DNA of 64,000 nt from Candidatus Eiseniibacteriota bacterium (lineage in GTDB: Bacteria; Eisenbacteria; RBG-16-71-46): contig CAVQXP010000001.1 of assembly GCA_963717935.1 (NCBI GenBank), forward strand, positions 96,001 to 160,000, written 5' to 3'. This document shows, piece after piece, positions 1 to 8,738 of the stretch; position 1 is the first letter of the stretch; each line of letters starts with the position of its first letter. The notes beneath the pieces are model-generated. The model made no database searches, had not been told where the DNA came from, and saw nothing but the letters and a program-made list of their open reading frames with translations. A program made the position numbers and the translations under genes.

Positions 1-954
1 CGCCTGCAACGGATCGAGGGCGCGCCCGCGCAGCGACGCCACCGCCATCAGACACTCGTGCGCCGCCGCGCGCATCAGCGAGGGGAGCGGCCCGGCCAGC
101 CCGGCGTAGAAGACCGCGCACAGCGCCGCGGCCACCGCGCGCGCCCTCACGCCCCCCCCGACCGAGGCCACCACCGCGCGCGCGATCGAGGCGAGCCAGA
201 CGACGTGCAACCCGGAGAGCGCCAGCAGGTGGATGAGTCCCGAGGCGCGCAGGTCGGCGTAGAGCCCGGTCGAGAGCGCGGAGCGGTCGCCCGTGACGAG
301 CGGCACGACCAACTCGCGCGCCCCGGGCGAGAGCCCGGCGTCGAGCCGGCGCTCGATGCCTCGCCGCCACCGCGCCACGGTCGCGCGCGGCCACGCACCC
401 GGCAGGGACGCGGGGCCGGCCCGCGCCAGGAAGGCGCGGCCCGACCCCGCGAGCGACGCAGCGTCGGCGACGGCGAGACCATCGAAGCCACCCGGGTCGC
501 GCGGCGGCCGGGGCGGCTCGACTCGCACCACCGCGTCCACGACATCACCCCACTCCACTTCCGACCCCGCCGGCAGGCGCACGCGCAGCCGCGTGCCCGC
601 CACCAGCGCCGGCCGCGCGCAACGCACCGTGACGACCGCCACGGGCTCGCCCGCCTCGCGCGGCGGCGGCTCGGCGACGCGCGCGACGACGTGGTAGAAC
701 GAGCCGCCCCGCTCGAGCGCCAGCCGCTCGCGGTCGAGCACCGCGCGGTGCCCGGCGCCCCGCGCACCGGCCGCCAGGCCCAGGGCGAGCAGCGCCATCG
801 TGGCGCCCACGCGCGGCGGCGCGCCCCACGCCACGAACGCGAACAGGAGTCCGCAGACCAGCGCGGCGAGCGCCAGGGGCACGCCGAGGCCCGCCCCCAG
901 CAACACTCCCACCCAGACCACGATGCCGGCCAGCACCGCTCCCCGACCGCCCAT
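1..954 (-). CDS. comEC: ComEC/Rec2 family competence membrane protein, N-terminal part (runs off window edge)
   Basis: Manual translation from ATG 954 (not in ORF track): hydrophobic N-terminus, 'PRDPGGFD', and the ComEC signature 'LRASGLIHLLALSGLHV' followed by 'GPLPSLMRA'. Confidence 0.9.
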   Translation of the reverse strand, partial: MGGRGAVLAGIVVWVGVLLGAGLGVPLALAALVCGLLFAFVAWGAPPRVGATMALLALGLAAGARGAGHRAVLDRERLALERGGSFYHVVARVAEPPPREAGEPVAVVTVRCARPALVAGTRLRVRLPAGSEVEWGDVVDAVVRVEPPRPPRDPGGFDGLAVADAASLAGSGRAFLARAGPASLPGAWPRATVARWRRGIERRLDAGLSPGARELVVPLVTGDRSALSTGLYADLRASGLIHLLALSGLHVVWLASIARAVVASVGGGVRARAVAAALCAVFYAGLAGPLPSLMRAAAHECLMAVASLRGRALDPLQA

Positions 955-1072
955 GCCTCACGCCCACCGGAAGAGGCGTGCCACGCGCCGGCTGCCCCCG
1001 GCGAAGCGCGGAGGCCCGCGCCACGCGCGCGGCCGCTCGCCACCACCGCTGACTCCGCCCGACGGAATGCGC

Positions 1073-1103
1073 GGGGGCCCGTCCACGTCGTGGACGGGCC
1101 CCC
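1073..1103. terminator. Perfect 14-bp hairpin downstream of PEGA gene
   Basis: GGGGGCCCGTCCAC-gtc-GTGGACGGGCCCCC; no U-tract. Confidence 0.5.
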
Positions 1104-1136
1104 CTCGTCGTTGTCGCCCGCCGCGCGGGCTGCGGC

Positions 1137-3851
1137 CTACGGCCTCGACTCCGCCTGCGCGGACCGGATCTCCGTGAAGGATTCGTCGCCCATCGGGGTC
1201 GAGGCGCTCACGTACCAGGCCGTGCGCCCGCGCGCGTCGAACAGGACGGCGGGGAAGACAGCCACGCCGACCAGCCCGCCCGGTGCCTTCATCAGGGTCA
1301 TCGGGTAGCGCCGCCAGGCGCCTTCCGGCGTGCGCACGTGGAGCCACATCTCGCGCAGGTCGCCCTCGCGCGCTCCGTCGAGCGACGCCGAGAGCACCGT
1401 GGGCCGTTCGAGGGGAATGCGTTCCGGCAGCGTGGCCACGATCCGTGGGGCATCCGCGTTCAGCCCGAGCTCGATCGTGGCGTAGCGCAGGTTGCCGCCG
1501 GGCAGCTCGATGACCTGCACGGGGCCGTCCTCGTTGCGGTGGCGCACGCGGATGCTGTGCGGGCCGCGGGGCAACTCGAGCTTGAGCGGTGTGACCCCGG
1601 CCGCCTGGCCGTCGATCCAGACCTGCGCGCCCGTGAGCGGCTCGGAGCCCGTCTCGTCGGCGAGCGTGGCGCGCACCTCGAGCAACCCCGTCGCGGGCGA
1701 GGCGATGGGCTGCGCCACGAGCTCGACCGTGCGGTTCACGTGGACTTCGACCGTCTGCTCCCAGGGAGCCACGCCCGGCCCCGAGAACTGCAGGCGGTGG
1801 ATGCCCGGCTGGAGCTGCTCCACATCGAGCGGAGCGTAGCCACGCTGCACGCCGTCCACCGCGACCGAGATGGGCACTCCGCCCCCGGGCACGACGACCT
1901 TCAGGGAGCCCCACAATTCGACATCCAGCGCCACGCGCTGGCCGCGCCTGCCGTTCACGGTGTGGCTCGAGCCGCCGACTCCCGAGAACGAGAGGACGAT
2001 CTCGTGGGTGCCGGGCTTGAGCTCCAGCGTCGTCGGGGTGCGTCGCCCCTGGTCGACGCCGTCCACGGCGATCCATGCGCCCGAGGGACGGCTGGCGACG
2101 GTCACGTCGTAGCGGGCCGGACCGAGGCCGATCGCCGTGAACGCCGAGCTGACGTCCCTGACCCCGCGCGAGAAGTCCACCTGGCCCAGGAACCAACCGG
2201 AAGCAAAGAGCACCACGACGACCGCGAGGATGAACCACCGCCGCTGCCAGACAGGACGCCCGTCCGACATCACGGATTCCTCCGGCTCCGGCCACGCGGG
2301 GCGGCGCACGGCCGCGCGCTGGCGGACACCGAGCGGCTCGGGCGCGGTGGCCCCGGCAGCGACGTCCTCCGCCCGCGCTTCGGGCTGTGGCTCGGGCGCC
2401 GACAACGGCTCGCTTGCCACGGCCGGCTCCATGGCAGCGGGCTCGGGCGCCGGCACAGGCTCCATCTGCACGACGGCTTCTGCGACCGCGAACTCGGGCG
2501 TGGGCACAGGCTCGATCTGCGCAACGGCCTCTGCGAGCGCGAACTCGGGCGCCGGCACGGGCACAGGCTCGATCTGCGAGACGGCTTCTACGGCCGCGGG
2601 CTCCCACTCGAGCACAGGCTCGATCTGCACGACGGCCTCTGCGACCACGAACTCGGGCGCCGGCACGGGCGCAGGCTCGATCTGCAAGATGGCTTCTACG
2701 GCCGCGGGCTCCAACTCGAGCACAGGCTCGATCTGCACGACGGCTTCTGAGACCGCGGGCTCCGGCTCGAATGCGGTCAGAGGCCCGAGGTCGAACGGAT
2801 CGACCGACGATTCGCACTCGGCGGTGAGCATCTCCTCGGCGATCGGCTCGCCCACCTCCCTTTCGATCTCCGGCTCGGGCATCGCCTCAACGACCACGGG
2901 TGTCTCGGCCACCACCGGCTCGGGTTCGGGGAGCAACTCCGGCACTCCCGGCACGTCGTGCGCGATGGGCTCGGGCTGCGCGGATTCGGGCAGCGTATCC
3001 TCACGCGCGCGCAGACCCGTGAGCCGGTCCATCCAACTGCGGAAGTGCCAGCCGCTGCGTCGCCGGCCGGGTCGCGACTCGGGGTCGTTGCCACCGGACA
3101 CCGCTGGCTCGACGGGGGTCCCGGCGACCTCGCCGTCAGCGTTCGCGGCCGGCTGGGCCGGCTCTGGCTCGGCGATGGCTTCGGGCTCGGTGATGGCTTC
3201 GGGCTCGGTGATGGCTTCGGGCTCGGCGATGGCTTCGGGCTCGGCGATGGCTTCGGGCTCGGTGATGCCTTCAGGGGCTTCGGTCGGAAGGCCGGGCCAC
3301 CGCACTTCGATCTCGCCCTCAGCCGGCGCTGTCCCCCCGGAGCTCGCGGGCCAGATCACCAGCGCTTCCAGCTGCAGCCGCGCGTCCGTGACGAATGCCC
3401 GGGCCTGCCGCCCTTCCTGGTCACGGACCAGGACCCACTCGGGCTCGAAAGGACGCCCGTCCAGCACGATCTCGACCCGTCCGGAGCCCGTCCAGCCGAA
3501 GGCGACGCTGGCCCCCGTCGTCAGGCAGGCGACCGCACAGGGGTGCCGCTCTCCACCGCCCCCCCAGAGCTCCGCCTCGTAGAAGAGGAGCCCGGTGAGC
3601 GCCTGATGCAATGCGCGCGGGATGGGAATGGAAGACGCCGGGTCCCGCAGGACCGGGGAGTCGCTGCCGGTCGTCCTGGCCACGCCGATGAGCTCGGTCA
3701 GCCAGATCTCGACTTCGGAGGGGGTGAACCCCGACGCGGCGCCCAGGAAACCCAGCTCGAGCCCCGGTCCCCCGGCCCGGACGGCCAGAGCATCGCCACT
3801 CGAGCGGATCGAAACAGTCCACTGAGCGGTGGAGGTCACGACCTGTTCCAT
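1137..3851 (-). CDS. PEGA domain-containing single-pass membrane protein with long acidic Pro/Glu linker
   Basis: Likely ATG 3851 (MEQVV) after GAAGGAAGG. TM segment 'WFILAVVVVLFASGWFLG', then three PEGA-like repeats ('SRPSGAWIAVDG...TP..LELKPGTHEI', 'VAVDG..RGYAPL...LQPGIHRL', 'GAQVWIDG..GVTPLKLELPRGPHSI'). Confidence 0.8.
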   Translation of the reverse strand: MEQVVTSTAQWTVSIRSSGDALAVRAGGPGLELGFLGAASGFTPSEVEIWLTELIGVARTTGSDSPVLRDPASSIPIPRALHQALTGLLFYEAELWGGGGERHPCAVACLTTGASVAFGWTGSGRVEIVLDGRPFEPEWVLVRDQEGRQARAFVTDARLQLEALVIWPASSGGTAPAEGEIEVRWPGLPTEAPEGITEPEAIAEPEAIAEPEAITEPEAITEPEAIAEPEPAQPAANADGEVAGTPVEPAVSGGNDPESRPGRRRSGWHFRSWMDRLTGLRAREDTLPESAQPEPIAHDVPGVPELLPEPEPVVAETPVVVEAMPEPEIEREVGEPIAEEMLTAECESSVDPFDLGPLTAFEPEPAVSEAVVQIEPVLELEPAAVEAILQIEPAPVPAPEFVVAEAVVQIEPVLEWEPAAVEAVSQIEPVPVPAPEFALAEAVAQIEPVPTPEFAVAEAVVQMEPVPAPEPAAMEPAVASEPLSAPEPQPEARAEDVAAGATAPEPLGVRQRAAVRRPAWPEPEESVMSDGRPVWQRRWFILAVVVVLFASGWFLGQVDFSRGVRDVSSAFTAIGLGPARYDVTVASRPSGAWIAVDGVDQGRRTPTTLELKPGTHEIVLSFSGVGGSSHTVNGRRGQRVALDVELWGSLKVVVPGGGVPISVAVDGVQRGYAPLDVEQLQPGIHRLQFSGPGVAPWEQTVEVHVNRTVELVAQPIASPATGLLEVRATLADETGSEPLTGAQVWIDGQAAGVTPLKLELPRGPHSIRVRHRNEDGPVQVIELPGGNLRYATIELGLNADAPRIVATLPERIPLERPTVLSASLDGAREGDLREMWLHVRTPEGAWRRYPMTLMKAPGGLVGVAVFPAVLFDARGRTAWYVSASTPMGDESFTEIRSAQAESRP
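2440..2760 (-). repeat. Imperfect coding repeat (EAVxQIEPV-type units) in PEGA protein linker
   Basis: Recurring 'ggctcgatctgc' blocks on + strand; protein repeats AVVQIEPV / AILQIEPA / AVSQIEPV / AVAQIEPV. Confidence 0.8.
3168..3270 (-). repeat. 18-bp tandem repeat encoding EPEAI(A/T), about 5 copies
   Basis: (ctcggYgatggcttcggg)n on + strand. Confidence 0.9.
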
Positions 3852-3905
3852 GGGCCTTCCTTCCCTGAAGACTCGCAGGCTGCCGCTAACGGCATTCGAC
3901 GGTGC

Positions 3906-3935
3906 AACGTACTCCGGGCAGGACGCAAGTGTCAA
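3906..3935 (-). promoter_or_regulatory. sigma70-type promoter for PEGA gene
   Basis: Minus strand TTGACA-N18-TACGTT, about 55 nt upstream of ATG 3851. Confidence 0.6.
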
Positions 3936-4043
3936 CGCGCAATGGACTTGTGGCCCGAGACTTGCTCAATCAGCCGTGGCCTGACAGGACTGCGGAACTC
4001 CGTGGTTCAGTCCAGCGTTAAGTGGCGGAGCACACGGACCGAT

Positions 4044-4072
4044 TTGCATCTAGTGTGCCGCCCGCCTACCTT
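4044..4072 (+). promoter_or_regulatory. sigma70-type promoter for lytic transglycosylase gene
   Basis: TTGCAT-N17-TACCTT. Confidence 0.55.
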
Positions 4073-4079
4073 GCTCCGA

Positions 4080-6002
4080 ATGAGTGTTCTCAGGACGAGT
4101 CCTGCCGACGGGAGTGACCTGACCGTGTCGGTTCGCGCCTCCATCCTTAACATCTTGGCCCTGGCTCTCCTGCTGGGGCTGCCGGCCTCCGCGTCCGGGG
4201 TCGAGGGCGTCGGCCCGGCGCTGGCCTTCCCCGCCACCGATTCCCACCACGACCCGGCGACCGGCCTGCGTTCCGCTTACGAGACGGCCCTGCAGCAGCG
4301 CCAGACGGGCGACCCGGCCGCCGCGCTGCGCACCATCGAGTCGGCCCTTTCGGCGCTCCAGGCCGCCAGCGCGGCCGATCCCGGGACCGCCGCGCGAGCC
4401 GATCTCGTGGACCTCCAGGCCAGGCTCTCGGCCCTGTACGACGCCACCCGGCAGGACCTGCCGAACGTCCGGGCCGAGCCCGGGAACGAGGCCGATGAGA
4501 GCGTCCTCAATGCCGCGGCCATCGACGCGCTCGGCACCATCGAGCCCCAGGACCACGAGCTGGTGACCCGCTGGGTGGACTTCTTCATGGGCGCAGGGCG
4601 CTCGACCTTCGAGCGCTGGCTCAAGCGCTCGGGCCGCTACATGGACCTGTTCCGCTCGGTGCTGCAGCGCGAAGGCCTGCCGCCCGACCTCGTGAACCTC
4701 GTGTTCGTGGAGAGCGGTTTCAACCTGAACGCGCGCTCGGTCTCGGCGGCGGTCGGGCCCTGGCAGTTCCTGAGGAGCACCGGCAGGTTCTTCGGCCTGA
4801 CCGTGGATCAGTGGGTGGACGAGCGCAAGGATCCGGAGAAGGCCACGGTCGCCGCGGCCCGCTACCTGAAGCACCTCTACGGGATCTTCGGCGACTGGCC
4901 GCTCGCCCTGGCCTCCTACAACGCCGGCGAGGGCACCGTGCTGCGCGCCATCAAGGCGCAAGGCACCACGAACTACTGGGATCTCAAGCTCCCGCGCCAG
5001 ACCGAGGACTACGTGCCGCAGTTCATGGCCGCCCTCACGATCGCGCGCGACCCGGCTCGCTACGGCTTCGACTCGGTCGAGTTGGACGACCCCATGGCCT
5101 TCGACGAGGTCGCGCTCAAGGGCCCGGTGGATCTGCGCGCGGTGGCCCGCCTGGTCGACTGCTCCTACGACGAGCTCAAGGCGCTCAACCCGGCCGTGCT
5201 GCACACGGCGGCCCGGGGTTCCGGCGGCATCGTCACGCTGCGGGTGCCGCCCGGCAAGGGCGAGGCGCTCATGCAGCGCTTGCAGAGCGGCGAGCGGTTG
5301 CCGACGCTGAACCTCACCCTCAAGCACAAGGTGCGCAAGGGCGAGACCCTGCAAGCCATCGCGCGGCAGTACTCGGCGAACGCGCAGGACCTGGCCCGCG
5401 TCAACGGCATCGGCAAGAAGCGTCCCCTGCGACGCGGCATGCTGCTCACCGTGCCAGCCTCGATGCGCGCGCCGAAACCCGCGGCCATCGACTCGGCGAC
5501 CGACCCGCGCGCCTCGACCGCCTACGTGCCGCCGCGCAGTCATGGTCTCCCCGCCACCCTCGAGGGACACTCGACCACCGCCGGCCGCACGGCCGTCATC
5601 GTGCAGAAGGGCGAGACGCTGGCCTCGATCGCCGCGCGCCATGGCGTGAGCACACAGGACCTGATGCGCTGGAACCGGCTCAAGAGCACGCGGGTGACAC
5701 GCGGGATGCGGCTCAAGGTCCGCACGCCGGAGGCGATCGTGGCCGACAGCGCGCGCAACGACTCGATCCAGATCGCGGAACTCAAGGCGCCGAAGCCCCG
5801 CACCTCGAAGTCACGCGCCGCCGCCTCCAGCCCGCGCCGCGGCTCGCCCGCTCCGGCCGGGGTGGGCCACACCGTCCGCAGCGGCGAAACGCTCTCGGGC
5901 ATCGCGCGCCAGCACGGGATCTCGGTGGCCGCACTCAGGAAGGCGAACGGACTCACCACGTCCAGGATCCGCGCGGGCCAGAGGCTGAGACTCCCCGCCT
6001 AG
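4080..6002 (+). CDS. mltD: MltD-like lytic murein transglycosylase with three LysM domains
   Basis: SLT motifs 'VESGFN...S.SAAVGPWQF' and 'FGDWPLALASYNAGEG'; LysM repeats 'HKVRKGETL', 'IVQKGETL', 'HTVRSGETL'. Start ATG 4080 or GTG 4125 (GGGAG upstream); the ORF extension back to 2958 is antisense shadow of the PEGA gene. Confidence 0.9.
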   Translation: MSVLRTSPADGSDLTVSVRASILNILALALLLGLPASASGVEGVGPALAFPATDSHHDPATGLRSAYETALQQRQTGDPAAALRTIESALSALQAASAADPGTAARADLVDLQARLSALYDATRQDLPNVRAEPGNEADESVLNAAAIDALGTIEPQDHELVTRWVDFFMGAGRSTFERWLKRSGRYMDLFRSVLQREGLPPDLVNLVFVESGFNLNARSVSAAVGPWQFLRSTGRFFGLTVDQWVDERKDPEKATVAAARYLKHLYGIFGDWPLALASYNAGEGTVLRAIKAQGTTNYWDLKLPRQTEDYVPQFMAALTIARDPARYGFDSVELDDPMAFDEVALKGPVDLRAVARLVDCSYDELKALNPAVLHTAARGSGGIVTLRVPPGKGEALMQRLQSGERLPTLNLTLKHKVRKGETLQAIARQYSANAQDLARVNGIGKKRPLRRGMLLTVPASMRAPKPAAIDSATDPRASTAYVPPRSHGLPATLEGHSTTAGRTAVIVQKGETLASIAARHGVSTQDLMRWNRLKSTRVTRGMRLKVRTPEAIVADSARNDSIQIAELKAPKPRTSKSRAAASSPRRGSPAPAGVGHTVRSGETLSGIARQHGISVAALRKANGLTTSRIRAGQRLRLPA

Positions 6003-6018
6003 CCCTGACCCTTCACGA

Positions 6019-6083
6019 GCGGCGGGGCAGCGCGAACGCCGGACGGAGCCATTGCCCGTCCGGCGTTCGCGCTGCCCCGCCGC
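6019..6083. terminator. Perfect 28-bp inverted repeat between convergent mltD and glgC
   Basis: 6019-6046 is the exact reverse complement of 6056-6083; 9-nt loop. Confidence 0.7.
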
Positions 6084-6084
6084 C

Positions 6085-7356
6085 TCAGTGCATCGACTGC
6101 GGTCCGTCCACCACCCCACCAGCCGGCACGCCACCGTCGAAGTCCCGCTCGGTGACGAAGGCGCCGATCCTGGCGTTGCGTCCAACGTGGACGTCCTTCG
6201 GGATCCTCGCCCCCTTGCCCACCACCAGCAATCCGCTCGAGAGGTGGCCCGGGCAGGCGCGGTTGGGCGTGCCCGAGTCCCCGTAGCCCAGGAGCGCGCC
6301 GTCCCCCACGCGCACATCCTTGTCGAGGATGGCGTGGTCCAGCACCGCGTCGCGCCCCACCACCACGTCGTGCATCACGATGCTGTCGCGCACCACCGCA
6401 CCCGGCTCCACCGTCACGCCGGGGAACAGCATCGAATGCTCGACCCTCCCCGCGATCCGGCAGCCGTTGGCGACGAAGCTCCGCACCGCCATGCCACCCC
6501 GCTCGAAGCACACCGGTGGCCGGTCGGCGCTCTGTGTGTGGATCACCCAGTCGGGCTCGGCAAGGTCGAGCGGCGGGCACGGGCCCAGGAAGTCCAGGTT
6601 GCTCTGGTAGTACGAGTCGAGCGTGCCCACGTCCTGCCAGTAGTCGTCGAACCGGTGCGTGTGGACGTGCTCGCCGCGCGCCACGAGCCGCGGCAGGATG
6701 TCCTTGCCGAAATCGTGCCCCGAGCCCGGCGTCCCGGCGTCCTCCGCGAGCCAGCGCACCAGCGAATCGCGGTCGAACAGGTAGACGCCCATCGACGCGA
6801 GGCGCGAGTCCGCCCGTTCGGGCTTCTCCTGGAAACCGGTCACGCGCGCGGCGGCGTCGGTCTCGAGGATGCCGAAGGAGTTGACCGATTCGGCCGGCAC
6901 CTCGGTCACCGCCACCGTCACCGGCGCGCGGCTCGCCTTGTGGGAAGCGTAGAGCAGGTTGTAGTCCATCTTGTAGACGTGGTCACCGGAGAGCACGAGC
7001 ACCTGCTCGATGCGGCGCCGCTGGAGGTGGATCAGGTTCTGGTAGATGGCGTCGGCCGTGCCCTGGTACCAGTCGCTCTGGACCGAGCCCAGCGAGGGTT
7101 GCAGCAACTGCACGCCGCCGCGGTTGCGGTCCAGGTCCCAGGGCCGTCCGGTGCCGATGTGCTGGTTGAGCGACAGGGGCCGGTACTGCGTGAGCACCCC
7201 GATGTCGAAGATGCCCGAGTTCACGCAATTCGAGAGCGTGAAGTCGATGATCCGGTACTTGCCCCCGAAGGGCACCGCAGGCTTGGCGCGCCGCTCCGAG
7301 AGCAGGCACAGCCGGCTCCCCAGCCCCCCCGCCAAGATGAACGCGTAGCGCGACAT
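6085..7356 (-). CDS. glgC: Glucose-1-phosphate adenylyltransferase
   Basis: Starts MSRYAF at 7356; '[10 protein letters not shown]...[20 protein letters not shown]', 'WYQGTADA', '[11 protein letters not shown]', 'FQEKP', 'YWQDVGT', C-terminal left-handed beta-helix. Confidence 0.93.
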   Translation of the reverse strand: MSRYAFILAGGLGSRLCLLSERRAKPAVPFGGKYRIIDFTLSNCVNSGIFDIGVLTQYRPLSLNQHIGTGRPWDLDRNRGGVQLLQPSLGSVQSDWYQGTADAIYQNLIHLQRRRIEQVLVLSGDHVYKMDYNLLYASHKASRAPVTVAVTEVPAESVNSFGILETDAAARVTGFQEKPERADSRLASMGVYLFDRDSLVRWLAEDAGTPGSGHDFGKDILPRLVARGEHVHTHRFDDYWQDVGTLDSYYQSNLDFLGPCPPLDLAEPDWVIHTQSADRPPVCFERGGMAVRSFVANGCRIAGRVEHSMLFPGVTVEPGAVVRDSIVMHDVVVGRDAVLDHAILDKDVRVGDGALLGYGDSGTPNRACPGHLSSGLLVVGKGARIPKDVHVGRNARIGAFVTERDFDGGVPAGGVVDGPQSMH

Positions 7357-7357
7357 C

Positions 7358-8605
7358 TCAGACCATGCCCTCGTACCACGCGCGGCTCGGCAGCGTGCTG
7401 CCGGCGGCGATCTCGCGGGGCAGCCCCTCGAAGCCGGCGTGGATCCCGACCACCACGCCCCGGCCCACGCGGGCGCCCTCGGGGATCTCCGCGTCCTTCC
7501 CGACCAGCGTGAGTCCGTCGAGCCACGCGTGCGCCGGATCGCGCGGCGGCTCGCCCCAGCCCACCACGGCGCCGGCGCCCACGGTCGCGTGCTTGTCGAG
7601 GATGGCGCGGTCCACCTTCGCCCCCGGCCCGATGCGCGTGTCCGGGTACACGATGGAGTCCGTGACCTCCGCCCCGCGCTCCACCACCGCGCCGGGGAAG
7701 AGCACCGAACGTCGCACGCGGCCGGACACCCGGCAGCCGTTGGCCACCAGGCTCTCTTCCACGTCGGCGTCCTCGCCGAGGCGCACGGGCGGGCGTTCCT
7801 CGTCGCGCGTGAGCACCGGCCAGCGCGCGTTGAGCAGCTCGAGCCGAGGCGCCGGCGCGACCAGCTCCAGGTTGGCACGGTAGTACGACGCCACCGTGCC
7901 TACGTCCTCCCAGTAGCCGGTGAACTCGTGAGCGTGGACCACCTCGCCCGCCTCCAGCAGCGGCTCGATCACGCCCGCCACCAGGTCCGCCGGCCGGTCC
8001 CGGAGCAACTCGCCCAGGGCCGCGGTCTCGAACAGATAGACCCCCATCGAGGCGTGCGTGGCCTCGCTACGCCGCGGCTTCTCTTCGAGCCGCGTGACGC
8101 GCCCCTCGCGGTCGAACTGCACCATGCCGAAGCGGCGTGACTCCTGCGGCAGCACGCGCGTGACCGCCAGCGTCACGGTCGCGCCGCGCCGCTCGTGCAC
8201 CATGAGCATGCGCCGGTAGTCCATCCGATAGATCTGGTCGCCCGAGAGCACCAGCACGCGCGCGGCACCCAGCGCCTCGATGCGGTCCCAGTTGCGGGCG
8301 ATGGCGTGGGCCGTGCCCTGGTACCACTCGGCGTCGCTGCGCGTCACGTAGGGCTGCAGCACCTCGACGCCGCCGTCCCGGTGGTCGAAGCCCCAGGGCC
8401 GGCCGACACCGATGTGGTCGTGGAGCGAGGCCGGAGCGTGCTGCGTGAGCACGCCGATCCGGGTGATCTCCGAGTGGGAGCAGTTGCTGAGGACGAAATC
8501 GATGACCCGGTACTTCCCGCCGAAGGGCACGGCACTGACCGCCCGCTCGGCGGTAAGGACGCTCAGCGCCTCACCGCCGCCCCCCGCCAGCACCAATCCC
8601 ACCAT
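7358..8605 (-). CDS. GlgC paralogue with degenerate N-terminal motifs (GlgD-like subunit)
   Basis: 'LAGGGGEAL...[17 protein letters not shown]', 'WYQGTA', 'LSGDQIYRMDY', 'LEEKP', 'YWEDVGT'; stop is 1 nt before the glgC start. Start ATG 8605 or GTG 8614. Confidence 0.85.
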   Translation of the reverse strand: MVGLVLAGGGGEALSVLTAERAVSAVPFGGKYRVIDFVLSNCSHSEITRIGVLTQHAPASLHDHIGVGRPWGFDHRDGGVEVLQPYVTRSDAEWYQGTAHAIARNWDRIEALGAARVLVLSGDQIYRMDYRRMLMVHERRGATVTLAVTRVLPQESRRFGMVQFDREGRVTRLEEKPRRSEATHASMGVYLFETAALGELLRDRPADLVAGVIEPLLEAGEVVHAHEFTGYWEDVGTVASYYRANLELVAPAPRLELLNARWPVLTRDEERPPVRLGEDADVEESLVANGCRVSGRVRRSVLFPGAVVERGAEVTDSIVYPDTRIGPGAKVDRAILDKHATVGAGAVVGWGEPPRDPAHAWLDGLTLVGKDAEIPEGARVGRGVVVGIHAGFEGLPREIAAGSTLPSRAWYEGMV

Positions 8606-8656
8606 GCGCCGCACACCGCTCTCCCGGGTTCGAGGGTGGAAGGAGGTTTCACGGCT

Positions 8657-8686
8657 AGACTAGGAACCCGCCGGGGGGCAAGTCAA
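8657..8686 (-). promoter_or_regulatory. sigma70-type promoter for the glgC pair
   Basis: Minus strand TTGACT-N18-TAGTCT. Confidence 0.55.
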
Positions 8687-8738
8687 GCCGAGCCGGGACG
8701 GACGGGCGCCGATCGGGAGGCCGGGGAGGTCCCCCGCT

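Noticed and set aside
969..983. sigma54-like TGGCACG-CCTC-TTCC upstream of comEC; similar TGGCACG hits near 10560 and 25537
   Set aside because: The -12 GC is missing, and the 25537 site points away from any gene.
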